A DNA stretch of 64,000 nucleotides. Origin: Phoronis australis. Its lineage: Eukaryota; Animalia; Phoronida. Positions within the stretch are counted from its first letter, which is position 1. Each line of letters begins with the position of its first letter. Both the position numbers and the translations under genes were made by a program. Below are positions 53,401 to 62,451 of the stretch, in pieces. The notes beneath the pieces are model-generated. The model did not search any database. It was not told where the DNA came from and worked only from the letters and a program-made list of their open reading frames with translations. The stretch is taken from contig NMRA01000150.1 in the NCBI GenBank assembly GCA_002633005.1, positions 592,453 to 656,452 of the forward strand, given 5' to 3'.

Positions 53401-54732
53401 AGAATGCAATAATGCTGAGTCATCCTTTCCTCAGTTATGGCGGCAAGATGGCGGCCACATTCTGTGCACTGATGTCATTACTGAATCAGTTGGAAGAGGA
53501 AAGGACAGTAGACGTCTACTCTATCATGAAAATGTATCATTTGAGGCGTCCGCATGTGTTTGAGTCAAAGGTAACCACTATGTAGAGCCTCCAATTGGCA
53601 TTACAGTTGGACCTCATTACAGTCTAACTAGCAATTGACAGTTATAGTCTTATTAAGGTGCAATAAAACATTGCAACACAATGCTCCTCTGATGAGCATG
53701 GTGGTTTGTGTGGGTAGACTACATGAAGTGTACTATGCTATCATGTAAACCAAGACAGATGTATTACTTGGCAAAATATAATTCGCCAAGTATATAAATC
53801 CGTCATGCTTCTTTGTACCCAACTCTGTCTGAGGAGTTGTTCTGAAATTTGGCTTGTAGATAGGTCTGGACTGTAACACTACAACTTAATGTTTTTGGCT
53901 TTATTATTACTGTAAGCTTTTGTTTTTCATACAAAATTTGCCTGTGTCTATAATTTTCCAAGATAAGTTATAGGTCTTTGTTAATGTCATATTTCATCCT
54001 GTTCAGTGTTCATTAAAATGTTCGTCCATTTCAGTGTTTATTGATATTATCCATCCTGCTCTGTATTCATTGATATCTTCGTCCTGCACCGTGTTCATTA
54101 ACATGTTTGTCCTGCTCAATGTTTGTTAACATGTTCATCGTGCTCAATATCCATTGGTATCCTTGTCCTGCTCATTGTTCATTGTTATCTTTATCGTGCT
54201 CAATATTCATTGATATGTTTGTCCTGCTCAGTGTTCGATAACATGTTCGTCCTGCTAAGTGTTCATTGATATATTCGCCCTTCTCACTTTTCATTGTTAT
54301 ATTTGTCCAGTTTAGTGTTCATTGATATCTTCTTCCTGCACAGTGTTCATTGCTGTCTCATTGCTCAGTGTTTATCATGGTTCAGTGTTTATTGATAACT
54401 TCTTCCTGTACATTGTTCATTGCTTTCTTCTTCCTGTACAGTGTTCATTAATGTCTTTGTCCTGCTCAGTGTTCATTGATACATTTGTCCTCCTCTTTGT
54501 TCATTGATATTTTCTGTGTTCATGTGCTTCTTTAATGTATCCTCAGGATGACATGTTCTTCATTTACGGAGCCATAGAGAGTATGTGTGTCAAGTCAGGA
54601 GACGGTGAGAACAATCTTGATAAGAGTCCCAGCATTCAACTGCAGACGTTTGGTGGATCACCACGCTCTTCAAATTACACCATCAGTCAATATGATAAAC
54701 AGATGTCAATGAAGAAGGAGTCAACGATTTAA
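2227..54732 (+). CDS. Ptp99A: Receptor-type tyrosine-protein phosphatase, Ptp99A-like / R5-type (Ig + 3xFN3 + TM + PTP D1 + inactive D2); spliced CDS of 26 exon positions, 3567 nt with exon 11A (~1188 aa)
   Basis: Hand-assembled exons have GT-AG boundaries and continuous phase. Motifs: wedge [66 protein letters not shown]; D2 [14 protein letters not shown] lacks the catalytic Cys, as in Ptp99A/PTPRG/PTPRZ1. Orthology is from motif recognition, not a search. Confidence 0.9.
2862..2960. repeat. (GGT/GAT)n microsatellite
   Basis: Seen directly; source of the poly-His/poly-Thr ORFs. Confidence 0.9.
3870..6233. mobile_element. Non-autonomous TIR DNA transposon, hAT-like termini with 5-bp TSD
   Basis: TIRs CAGGGCTTGACATAA and (reverse complement) CAGGGCTCGACACAA; flanking GAAAT at 3865-3869 and 6234-6238; subterminal GTCGCA/TGCGAC repeats at both ends. 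Confidence 0.78.
7190..7470. repeat. Minisatellite, 28-bp unit, ~10 copies
   Basis: TGTTGATCAACCAGTTGTAGTCAGGCAG. Confidence 0.9.
7582..7707 (+). CDS. RPTP exon 2: first half of Ig domain
   Basis: tttcag| ...DPVQLLCDG...EVIWTKDG... G|gtgagg; Ig B-strand Cys and C-strand Trp. Confidence 0.88.
8360..8558. repeat. Minisatellite, 40-bp unit x5
   Basis: GTTATATTGTGTTGATTGCTGTAGTGCTGTGAGAGATGCT. Confidence 0.9.
8645..8965. repeat. Minisatellite, 54-bp unit x~6, ending ~20 nt before the exon 3 acceptor
   Basis: Gives the [18 protein letters not shown] repeat in ORF 8565-9149. Confidence 0.9.
8986..9138 (+). CDS. RPTP exon 3: second half of Ig domain
   Basis: ttctag| ...[17 protein letters not shown]...ELVVK G|gtagga; DxGxYxC motif. 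Confidence 0.9.
9960..10080 (+). CDS. RPTP exon 4: FN3-1 N-half
   Basis: ttacag| DKPSTP...[22 protein letters not shown]|gtgagt (phase 2). Confidence 0.88.
11545..11732 (+). CDS. RPTP exon 5: FN3-1 C-half
   Basis: tgacag| ...[24 protein letters not shown]...ETEED A|gtaagt. Confidence 0.9.
11713..11978 (+). repeat. 52-bp tandem repeat x5 containing the exon 5 end and splice donor
   Basis: TTTTGAAACAGAGGAAGATA|GTAAGTGTACAGC(A/T)GTTTACAAATATGAATAA. Confidence 0.93.
12400..12850. repeat. Minisatellite, 22-bp unit
   Basis: ACTAGATATTCACTGGGTCTCA. Confidence 0.9.
13281..13505 (+). CDS. RPTP exon 6: FN3-2 N-half
   Basis: ctccag| ...[20 protein letters not shown]...IGNL A|gtaagt. Confidence 0.9.
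14146..15734. mobile_element. Non-autonomous DNA transposon (P- or hAT-like; CATAG termini, 8-bp TSD)
   Basis: Imperfect TIRs CATAG(A/T)CATC...TAGAC(T/C)GGG...GACGCCATATTGGAG; TSD GTCACAAC at 14138-14145 and 15735-15742. Confidence 0.8.
15993..16091 (+). CDS. RPTP exon 7: FN3-2 C-half (not in ORF track)
   Basis: ttctag| [34 protein letters not shown]|gtatgt; completes the LxPYxxY FN3 motif. Confidence 0.88.
16531..17935. mobile_element. Non-autonomous Tc1/mariner (pogo-like) element
   Basis: Perfect 24-bp TIR CGTATTCGCCGTAATAACCGCCCA, TA on both flanks, subterminal GGGCGCTTAT repeats. Confidence 0.85.
19880..20036. repeat. Minisatellite, 28-bp unit x~5.5
   Basis: ATATGTTGTGTTTCATATTCACATCGTT. 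Confidence 0.9.
21150..21843 (+). repeat. 33-bp minisatellite x21 whose last unit supplies the exon 8 acceptor
   Basis: TGTGGTATAATCCACTTGTTATCCATGTT(CCAA/ACAA/CTAG/ATGT/ACAG). Confidence 0.93.
21844..22043 (+). CDS. RPTP exon 8: FN3-3 N-half
   Basis: ttacag| [12 protein letters not shown]...[19 protein letters not shown]...PKYTS|gtaagt (phase 0). Confidence 0.87.
22770..23185. repeat. Minisatellite, 36-bp unit x~11
   Basis: AGGCAATACACTGTTATGAACCGCAGTATACTTACT. Confidence 0.9.
23464..23602 (+). CDS. RPTP exon 9: FN3-3 C-half (not in ORF track)
   Basis: ttgcag| [24 protein letters not shown]...[15 protein letters not shown]|gtgagt. Confidence 0.88.
23640..23875. repeat. GT-rich minisatellite (~18-22 bp unit) just after the exon 9 donor
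   Basis: TGTGTTGAGTGGTGTCTCTG. Confidence 0.88.
24193..26819 (-). mobile_element. P-superfamily-like DNA transposon derivative carrying a decayed THAP gene
   Basis: ~30-bp imperfect TIRs CAAG(G/A)AGTGTA(C/G)TAGTA(G/T)AGGAGAGTT; 7-bp TSD CTAGTAG/CTGGTAG; internal THAP exons. Confidence 0.78.
25815..26710 (-). pseudogene. Two-exon THAP zinc-finger remnant
   Basis: Exon 26710-26613 [33 protein letters not shown]|gtaagg; exon from 25980 CKHW/(frameshift)[24 protein letters not shown]...[12 protein letters not shown]. Confidence 0.85.
27048..27171 (+). CDS. RPTP exon 10: transmembrane helix
   Basis: tttcag| ...[25 protein letters not shown]|gtaagt (phase 2). Confidence 0.92.
27563..28520 (-). 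mobile_element. 5'-truncated CR1/L2-group LINE (ORF2 C-terminus, 3' end, (TAAA)n tail)
   Basis: Minus translation [31 protein letters not shown]...[12 protein letters not shown]...LQKLQNKA with stops; 3' GACTGGGT...ACCCAGTC stem-loop then (TAAA)n. Confidence 0.88.
28620..29472 (+). mobile_element. Degenerate HINE-like element
   Basis: Same internal modules; 3' end GTGGGTGCATTTCAACTTGCTGTTCTTGTT. Confidence 0.55.
30225..30292 (+). CDS. RPTP juxtamembrane exon 11A (alternative)
   Basis: ccaccag| (R)[23 protein letters not shown]|gtaagt; 68 nt, phase 2 to 1. Confidence 0.78.
30730..30794 (+). CDS. RPTP juxtamembrane exon 11B (alternative)
   Basis: ccacag| (R)[22 protein letters not shown]|gtgagt; 65 nt, phase 2 to 1. 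Confidence 0.78.
31123..32071. other. Assembly gap (N run); others at 57907-58024 and 60715-61160
   Basis: Runs of n. Confidence 0.98.
33652..33749 (+). CDS. RPTP exon 12: wedge region
   Basis: ttgcag| [33 protein letters not shown]|gtgagt. Confidence 0.92.
33708..34062 (+). repeat. Degenerate ~70-bp tandem repeat x5 containing the exon 12 end and donor
   Basis: CTGCATGCAGACAGTAACTTGAAGTTTGCACAGGAGTACGAG|GT(G/A)AGTATGGCCCAGAGTT. Confidence 0.85.
34354..34441 (+). CDS. RPTP exon 13: D1 KNRY motif
   Basis: ttatag| [30 protein letters not shown]|gtaagt. Confidence 0.93.
34846..35080. repeat. Minisatellite, 32-bp unit x~7
   Basis: TTCAGTGTTTGACCTGATAATTGGGCATACCA. Confidence 0.9.
35490..35575 (+). 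mobile_element. Short LINE (L2/CR1-like) 3' end
   Basis: GGGCCCTCTTGGAAAGCAG...CTGAAGAGGCC stem-loop followed by TAAA-rich tail, same layout as the 27563 element end. Confidence 0.45.
35632..36235. repeat. Minisatellite, 34-bp unit x~17, ending ~50 nt before exon 14
   Basis: GTATGTAGACAGGAGTTTATACTTTAACTAATTG. Confidence 0.92.
36285..36364 (+). CDS. RPTP exon 14: D1
   Basis: ttgcag| [27 protein letters not shown]|gtaagt. Confidence 0.94.
38105..38953 (+). mobile_element. HINE/DINE-like non-autonomous Helentron element (best-preserved copy)
   Basis: 5' subTIR ATGCGCCCACA plus adjacent inverted repeat, (GTCC)n microsatellite, 3' TGTGGGCGCAT then stem-loop CAACGC-TCC-GCGTTG and CTCTTGT; T-rich site, no TSD. 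Confidence 0.78.
39002..39237. repeat. Minisatellite, 29-bp unit x8
   Basis: AATGATTGACCACAGACATGTGTGAAGCT. Confidence 0.92.
39740..39874 (+). CDS. RPTP exon 15: D1
   Basis: taccag| [45 protein letters not shown]|gtaata. Confidence 0.95.
40104..40241 (+). CDS. RPTP exon 16: D1
   Basis: tcttag| [24 protein letters not shown]...[14 protein letters not shown]|gtactt. Confidence 0.94.
41487..41635 (+). CDS. RPTP exon 17: D1 WPD loop and catalytic Cys
   Basis: tcacag| [21 protein letters not shown]...PIIVHC AG|gtgaga. Confidence 0.95.
41834..42698 (+). mobile_element. HINE-like element, same family
   Basis: TTTTATGCGCCCAAATATTTATATGTGGGCGCATTATG ... GTGCATTTCAACGCTCTGCGTTGGTCTTGT. Confidence 0.75.
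42925..44290 (+). mobile_element. Degenerate HINE-like element body
   Basis: Repeated TTTCATGAAATT / GCGCCACCTAGTGGCCA modules shared with the family; ends unclear. Confidence 0.55.
44542..44677 (+). CDS. RPTP exon 18: D1 P-loop and Q-loop
   Basis: ttcaag| [20 protein letters not shown]...[13 protein letters not shown]|gtgaga; 136 nt. Confidence 0.95.
44994..45140 (+). CDS. RPTP exon 19: D1 end and D1-D2 linker
   Basis: ttacag| [22 protein letters not shown]...DKQFL|gtaaat. Confidence 0.94.
45377..47086 (+). mobile_element. HINE-like element, long variant
   Basis: TTATGCGCCCACATGTGGTGCAT ... GTGGGTGCATTTCAATGCTCTTCGTTGCTCTTGTT with many internal modules. Confidence 0.75.
47090..47591 (+). 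repeat. 41-bp minisatellite x~12 whose last unit forms the exon 20 acceptor
   Basis: TTTATTTAGTGTTTGTCCATTATACCCTGATTAGTCTATAC; last unit ...TTGTCTGTACTTTCAG. Confidence 0.9.
47592..47685 (+). CDS. RPTP exon 20: D2 start
   Basis: tttcag| [32 protein letters not shown]|gtaaac. Confidence 0.9.
48236..48415 (+). mobile_element. Penelope-like element fragment (GIY-YIG C-terminus)
   Basis: Translates [20 protein letters not shown]...KIKEAIWM...NMNRDEG...SPVYNSL. Confidence 0.75.
48765..48844 (+). CDS. RPTP exon 21: D2
   Basis: tttcag| [27 protein letters not shown]|gtgagt. Confidence 0.93.
50384..50512 (+). CDS. RPTP exon 22: D2
   Basis: ttaaag| [43 protein letters not shown]|gtgagt. Confidence 0.94.
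51146..51274 (+). CDS. RPTP exon 23: D2
   Basis: gtatag| [10 protein letters not shown]...[10 protein letters not shown]|gtaaca. Confidence 0.9.
51252..51490 (+). repeat. 39-bp tandem repeat x6 containing the exon 23 end and donor
   Basis: ACTTTATGTTGGAGTCTA(A/C)GC(A/T)G|GTAACAACTAGTCATA. Confidence 0.92.
52044..52186 (+). CDS. RPTP exon 24: D2
   Basis: ctgtag| [10 protein letters not shown]...[16 protein letters not shown]|gtatgt. Confidence 0.92.
53435..53570 (+). CDS. RPTP exon 25: D2 degenerate signature
   Basis: cctcag| [46 protein letters not shown]|gtaacc; 136 nt, same as the D1 counterpart. Confidence 0.93.
53985..54520. repeat. Degenerate ~29-bp tandem repeat leading up to the last exon acceptor
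   Basis: GTCCTGCTCAGTGTTCATTGATAT-like units. Confidence 0.8.
54547..54732 (+). CDS. RPTP last coding exon, ends ...KKESTI*
   Basis: cctcag| [12 protein letters not shown]...; TAA at 54730-54732. Confidence 0.9.
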   Translation, partial: DDMFFIYGAIESMCVKSGDGENNLDKSPSIQLQTFGGSPRSSNYTISQYDKQMSMKKESTI

Positions 54733-56037
54733 TTACAGAAGTCAGTGAAGGTTTAGTTGAATGTGACTATGATTTGGTGTGCTGCAGTGATGTATCGTCC
54801 ATGTCCAACCCACTGATCACTGTTGTCTCACATAGTCACATATGGAGGAGTCATTTATTATAATTGTTTCAGAGCTGCTGTTTGCTCTTGTAATGTAAAG
54901 TCATGCTTCCAAATTATTGCCTGCTGCTTATGGTTGAAGGTGTATTATATGGTGTTTTCACAACTTACTGTAACAGTTGTATTCTATGTAGTGCCGTGTT
55001 CGAACAATACATATTAAACTAATGTTTCCAGATCATTGTCTTGTGAGCCTACGGAATGAAGATTTGTAATAGAGTGTTTTCATAACGCACTGTTGTATCT
55101 TATGTAACACTGTGTTTTTACAGTGCAGTAGTGAGTCTTGTTTCTTGTAAGTTTATGTCACTTTGTTCTCATGGTTGTATTCTTCAATAAAGATCACTTG
55201 TTTACTGTGTGTTAATGTACTGTACTGTGCTGTGCCATATTGTGTCCTGTCAGTTATCTGTAGTCTACGATTTGTTACTGTGACATGTTAAGTATGAAAT
55301 GAATTTTTCATTTGATACAATTGCTTTTTACAAATATTGTAATTAGTAAGTCTTGACTATTAAACAAGGGTTTTTTTGAAAGAATGTCTTAATCAGAGTT
55401 AAAATTACAAACCTTAGCATGTTTCAGTTTCTTTTGAATTAAGTGGTTTTTGGACAGAAACTGGCTTTACTGAGCCTATGAACCTCTTCTGGACTGAGCC
55501 GCCATATCAAGGTTGATCTTGTACCAATGGCAGTTTTTATGGACAATGAGGTGCTTGATATGAGGATTCTACTAGAACTGTGTAACCCGCCTTCAGATAG
55601 TGCTGCAGACTTATTTTATAAGACTATTGTTACTCTGTTTAGTGCATCAGGGAACTGGCTTTGTTTTAGCTTACTTCTGTTGCCATGACGATCTGTCTTC
55701 CAACCTGTACCTTGCATCATTTAGGTTTACACCATTAAGATCAAATTTAGGTTTCATTAATGTTGCTTTAGGAGATCTGTTTAACAATCATTCCTTTAAC
55801 ATTACCACCTGTTGTGTCAAGTATTAAGTACTCTTAATTTTGTTTTCTGAATATTTGTCAACTAGTACTTCAATTATGCATTAATAGCAGTTTAAATTGA
55901 TGGCATTTTCTACGAGCTGTCTACCTTGCTTATACATAGTTTTGCATGGTGTCAACCCTGCATGTAGATTCACACTATAAAATTAACTATATTATTGTAC
56001 TGTATGTTGACAGTAAAGAGTTTTTGATTGAATATGC

Positions 56038-56043
56038 AATAAA
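56038..56043 (+). terminator. Candidate polyadenylation signal of the RPTP gene (another AATAAA at 55186-55191)
   Basis: AATAAA hexamers ending a repeat-free, T-rich 3'UTR-like stretch. Confidence 0.4.
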
Positions 56044-59000
56044 ATGTTAAAAACGCAAAAATTTGGGTTGCACACCAACAAATAGTTGAAACAGATTGTA
56101 TTAGGCTATAAATGCTAAAAGCAATTGCCATTTGAATGCACCAAGCCAAAATTTACTTGTGTGAAGGACATCATTGTAGACTTGATTAATCTAAAATGCC
56201 TGTGACATGCAATAACTGTGCACCCTTAGGTGGGCATATTATGTTACTATGGCACACCTGTGACAAGCAATAAGTGTGCGCCTGAGTTGGGCATATAATG
56301 TAAACATGGCACTCCATGGTAGTCCGATCCACCCGAAAGTCGTCCTCTGTTGTCAACTTCATATTAATACACCAGCAAAATTCAATAAAGATCCTATTGC
56401 GCGTTTAGGATATAAAGTGCAAAACAAACAAAACTGCTACTAGGAGGCGCTACTGTTGTCAAAGTCGTCGGAAAATCATCGTCAGCTGCCCCTTTCAGAG
56501 TAAGAACATAATGTGCCAATTTTCAAAATCATCCCTCGAGTGGTTTGGTTGATAGAAGGGCGGACGCCAAAAAATAGACTCGAGAGGATGGCATCATCTT
56601 AATAGTAGATGCCCAACTGCCAAGGAAGATACAGAGGTAAGCGTGAAAAACTAAAATTGCCATTAGGGGCACACTGGTAGTTTGAAATGTTTGTCTGTCC
56701 GTAGTCCGTGGAACTGGAACACGCAAAATATTCAGTATGAGTTCACGGACACATAACTCGCAAAGTAGAACGCATTTAAAGGCAATTTACAATCAGAACG
56801 GCAAATGGCAGTGAATGTTACCATGATGATGTCTTGAGACTCGCGCAGCACAAAAGGCATCTGACCAGTATGACAATATAAGCAGTATCTGAACATAACC
56901 CGTGACGACCTGAGCGCACTTGGTCATTCATAAATTAAATAGTTTTCAAAAAACTCGTAGCACAATGCGCGGTACTTCGGAGGAGCTAACTTCATTCAAA
57001 GAAGGAAAAATCTCAAGTGCAAAATACATATTTAAGTGCCAAGGATTGAAAAATATCAAAAAGTGGCTGATTTTTTTACTTAATAGTTAATGCCCTAGTA
57101 AACTAAAGTATTTGAAATTGTCCATTTTAGTACACACTGAGGTGCCAAAATGTGGAGCTATCGGGTTGCCTGAGAATGCTTTCACGTTATTTCTTAAAAC
57201 TCTCAGATGCATGATACATGACATGGCAAAACTACAGGTTCAAAACGGTTTTTGGGGGGAGGTTGCGCCAAGAAATTTTTCCTCTAACAACCAAGCATTT
57301 TCCTTGATTCTGAAGTATTATCCAAGAAAAAAACACGGAGAACGTGTCAAACTTGAAAAACTACGAACACCACAAACTCGAACTCACGACCAGCGGACAG
57401 AGTGCGCGTCCTTTGCCCTGCTGCACCACCACGATGTCACTCGAAGTTAAGTCTAAGAGACCTACTTGTTTAAGGTTTTTGTAATGCTTATTACACTTTT
57501 TATATTTTGTGCAATCAGTTCGTAAAAAAATTGTATTTAATTAAAATAGTCTGCAATTGCCCAAAAGACCAAATCCGTTTTCGTGTTGGATTTAATGACG
57601 CGATTGCTTAGGAAATCGTGTTAAGTTCAGGTTTGACAAAGAGAGAATTATGAATTTCTGAGTGATTCCCTAAGGCTTACCAGCAGCTTCTGTTTTTTCA
57701 TTGTCACTCAGATTCCATTTTCTTTAAAAAATGAAGTAATTTTCTTCATTGCACAGTGAAGCAGACGACGGAAACGGAGTTGTAGTGCGCTGCGCCACTG
57801 CCGGTCGTCTGGGGCATCGCAGGAGAGCCTTTACTCTTAGATATAGTTCCCGCGTTACGTTTGCGCCATGCTCCAAATTTGACACTTGAAATTGGATCTG
57901 GGCCCCNNNNNNNNNNNNNNNNNNNNNNNNNNNNNNNNNNNNNNNNNNNNNNNNNNNNNNNNNNNNNNNNNNNNNNNNNNNNNNNNNNNNNNNNNNNNNN
58001 NNNNNNNNNNNNNNNNNNNNNNNNAACACACTAAAACTGCACACATTGAAATCTTGTTTCAGCCGTATAATGTTAATTGCCGGGGTTAATTAATACAATC
58101 AACGTTTTCCTACGCTTTGGCTGTTTTATTTATTTTTGCGGCAGCCAAGGGGGGGGCCCTCCCCTAAATCCGTCTATGACCTAATTACGTAATTACAGTC
58201 GAACGATTTCGGTTGTAATTGTAAAACATGAGCCAAGTTTTTATCGTAATTGCGAGCACTTTCCTCTAACGGCTCACGATATTGATCAGGATCCCAGCAC
58301 TAAGACATGAATATGGGCTAATGGTCAAAATGGACCAGTATCCTAAAAATAATTTGTCATCTCTTAACCTATAAAATCCACTAGTAACCTCTAAGCAGGT
58401 ACACGCAGCACAAGTCTCCCGCTGTTATCAGCAAAATCATTCTGTTCAGTAGTGGAACGGTTCCATTTCAAACCTGTCATATTGATTAATTAATTATTAA
58501 TAGGGTTGAAATTTTGAGACTTTTATGCAAAAGTGAAGAGTTGTATAGTAATTGTGCGTTTTATTGGCATCATCATTTCTCGATAAATTTAACTGACATG
58601 CACAACTTTTCATGGAATTGATGAACACTTGCAGTGAAGCCAGGCGAAGTGACATCACAGTGTGGTTCATTTACAGGTGCTCCACGTAAGTCAAGCATTC
58701 ACTTGAAAAAAATGAGCAAGCAGAGTAAACATTTTCTAAAGTTGGCGAACATAAGACTAGTACATTACACAACACTATACTCAGGTCGGTAAATTTCATT
58801 CCCACATCAGAGTGACAAATGAGTATAGTTCACACCATCACTCACTTCTTACCCAGTTCCAAGTTCATTTAACTTGCGAGAAATAATTTAAACTAATTTG
58901 AACATTCTGCCAATAAATACTGTCAAATACTGGCACATCTAGGATGCTGTAAAGAAGAATCCATCTTTTTCAAAAGGAAAATATCTGCCACAGTCCCTAA

Positions 59001-59803
59001 AAACGGCATAAAACACATAGATAACTACAGATAACAGCTTGAGCCATCAACAAACCCAGTGAGTGGTTAGAAGACTGATGATGTTGCACTCGCAGACATT
59101 ATGGTTCGGTATGACATGCCATACAGTCAACTGATTTGTCACAAATCTTTTGATGGTTTCTGTGCATTATTATTTTAAACTGGTTATTGCAGCTGAAACC
59201 ACTTGAATCTTGAAGACAATTGACTGATGACTTCATGTGTTCAAGGAGCTAGTTTCCACTACTGCTGCACCATCTATTGGCCATTTTATTCTGGACCGCG
59301 TTCTGTAGATCCGACTGTCGTGAGGAAAATTAGACAGTGTGATGATGTACTTTGGATGTAATCCATAGTGAAAGTTTGCAAACATTTTGGGAACAGCTAC
59401 TTAAAACAAATGGGAGGTGATAAAACAATTCTCTTATTAGGCATGACCCAAGTCCTGTAGTTTACTAAACCAGGACACAGCGCCAGCTAAACAGACAATG
59501 ACCGTGGTAATCCCAGAAATAAACGAGTCAACTTCAAAAGACCAACTGTTCATCATGACAGACGACTGATTTACAGAAGACCACAAAATTGAAGATCATT
59601 TCGTCAAGCAGCCCTGGTTAGTTTTATTTTCAAAATGGCTCATCACACTTCTATATTTTTCACAGACGTACAATTTAAATAGTGAGCAGTGACCACCATA
59701 AGAGTGACACCTTGTGGCAAACTCATGGGTGCCCATAATTAACACAATGTCAACCATTTACCAATAGGTATTCCTCACAATAAATTAACAGTTAGACAGC
59801 CAA

Positions 59804-60057
59804 CTACGAATAAAACTTGCTTCTTCTCAACTGCTTTGTTTGAGGTGAACTTTGCTTTTGGTTTTTGACTCTTGGAGACTGGGAATGTATTTTCTGAAAA
59901 ATTTCTGGAAATTTATTGTCAGGGAACAATGTTTCAAGAATGCCTTCCAAGAAGACGTATATAAGCCTTCTATTCATCTTTCTATGTTGAAACATTTTGA
60001 AGATTCGTAGAACTCCTTTTCTTGTAGTCTCACTTCCAATTAGGTGGCGCATTTCAT
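59804..60057 (-). CDS. SNX13: Sorting nexin-13-like, last coding exon (C-terminal nexin domain), copy 1
   Basis: Minus-strand tttcag| DEMRHLIGSETTRKGVLRIFKMFQH...NRRLIYVFLEGILETLFP, recognisably the SNX13 C-terminus. Confidence 0.88.
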
Positions 60058-60422
60058 CTGAAAGTAAATGGTAACAATTAGGTAGTTATAGCTATCCTAA
60101 TGGTAATGATAGTGTAATAATAATAATCCTAATGGTAACCATGGGTAAAAATAGCAATCCTAATGGTAACGATGGGGGTAATATTAGCATTACTAATAAT
60201 GATGAGGTAATAATAGCGATTATAAAGGTAACTATGGGATTATAATAGTGATCCTAATGGTAAAGATGGGGCAATAATATTGATCTTATTGAAAATGATG
60301 GGGTAATATAAGCAATCCCAAGGGTAATGATGGGGTAATAGTAGCCATCCTAAAGGTAAAAATGGGGTAATAATAGTGATGCTATGGGTAACCATAGGGT
60401 AATAATAATGATCCTAATGGTA

Positions 60423-60714
60423 ACAAGAGCAACGCAGAGCGTTGAAATGCTCCCACAATTGCACCACATACGGTATCCTTCTAGGGTTGTTTATTGGTAC
60501 CATAAAGTGGCCAGTAGAGGGCATATTTTTTATGTAGTATGTTGTACTTTGCAAAATAGAAAGGCATGGTCATTGTCTCCTCAATAGGCTAGGGGCAAAA
60601 TGTGAGTAATCTTCATAATACAAGCACATCCTATACACCAGTTGCTTAAAGCACCGCAGAAACATAGAATTAAAAACAAATTTACCAACATACGAGATTA
60701 GCACAGCATTAGAA
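60423..60714 (-). mobile_element. 3' part of HINE-like element running into a gap
   Basis: Reverse complement is near-identical to 38684-38953. Confidence 0.85.
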
Positions 60715-62451
60715 NNNNNNNNNNNNNNNNNNNNNNNNNNNNNNNNNNNNNNNNNNNNNNNNNNNNNNNNNNNNNNNNNNNNNNNNNNNNNNNNNNNNNN
60801 NNNNNNNNNNNNNNNNNNNNNNNNNNNNNNNNNNNNNNNNNNNNNNNNNNNNNNNNNNNNNNNNNNNNNNNNNNNNNNNNNNNNNNNNNNNNNNNNNNNN
60901 NNNNNNNNNNNNNNNNNNNNNNNNNNNNNNNNNNNNNNNNNNNNNNNNNNNNNNNNNNNNNNNNNNNNNNNNNNNNNNNNNNNNNNNNNNNNNNNNNNNN
61001 NNNNNNNNNNNNNNNNNNNNNNNNNNNNNNNNNNNNNNNNNNNNNNNNNNNNNNNNNNNNNNNNNNNNNNNNNNNNNNNNNNNNNNNNNNNNNNNNNNNN
61101 NNNNNNNNNNNNNNNNNNNNNNNNNNNNNNNNNNNNNNNNNNNNNNNNNNNNNNNNNNNNCAAAAGTGAAGAGTTGTATGATAATTGTGCGTTTTATTGG
61201 CATCATCATTTCTCAATTAATTTAACTGACATGCACAACTTTTAATGGAATTGAACACTTGCAGTGAAGCCAGGCAAAGTGACATCACAGTGTGGTGCTC
61301 CACATAAGTCAAGCACTCACTTAACAAAAAAAAAGAGCAAGCAAAGTAATATTTTCTAAAGTTGGCGAACATAAGACTAGTACATTACACAACCCTATAC
61401 TCAGGTCGGTACATTTCATTCCCACATCAGAGTGACAAATGAGTACATAGTTCCACAACATCACTCACTTATTACCCAGTTCCAAGTTCATTTAACTTGC
61501 AAGAAATAAGTTAAACTAATTTGAACATTTTCTGCCAATAAATACTGACAAATACTGGCACATCTAGGATGCTGTAAAGAAGAATCCATCTTTTTCAAAG
61601 GAAAATATCTGCCACAGTCCCTAAAAACGGCATAAAACACATAGATAACTACAGATAACAGCTTGAGCCATCAACAAACCCAGTGAGTGATTAGAAGACT
61701 GATAATGTTGCACTCGCAGACATTATGGTTAGGTATGACATGCCATACAGTCAACTGATTTGTCACAAATCTTTTGATGGTTTCTGTGCATTATTATTTT
61801 AAACTGGTTATTGCAGCTGAAACCACTTGAATCTTGAAGCCAATTGACTGATGACTTCATGTGTTCGAGGAGCTAGTTTCCATTACTGCTGCACCACCTA
61901 TTGGCCATCTTATTCTGGAACGCGTTCTGTAGATCCGACTCTCGTGAGGAAAATTAGACAGTGTGACGATGTACTTTGGATGTAATCCATAGTGAAAATT
62001 TGCAAACATTTTGGGAACAGCTACTTAAAACAAATGGGAGGTGATAAAACAATTCGCTTATTAGGCATGACCTAAGTCCTGTAGTTTACTAAACCAGGAC
62101 ACAGCGCCAGCTAAACAGACAATGACCGTGGTAATCCCAGAAATAAACAAGTCAACTTCAAAAGACCAACTGTTCATCATGACAGACGACTGATTTACAG
62201 AAGACCACAAAATTGAAGATCATTTCGTCAAGCAGCCCTGGTTAGTTTTATTTTCAAAATGGCTTATCACACTTCTATATTTTTCACAGAGGTACAATTT
62301 AAATAGTGAGCAGTGACCACCATAATTTGATTTCCACACAAGAGTGACATCTTGTGGCAAACTCATGGGTACCCATAATTAACACAATGTCAACCATTTA
62401 CCAATAGGTATTCCTCACAATAAATTAACAGTTAGAATAATGTACAGCCAA

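Noticed and set aside
56200-58200. Intergenic repeat-like fragments between the two genes
   Set aside because: Probably transposon debris, but the gap and decay prevent defining ends or family.
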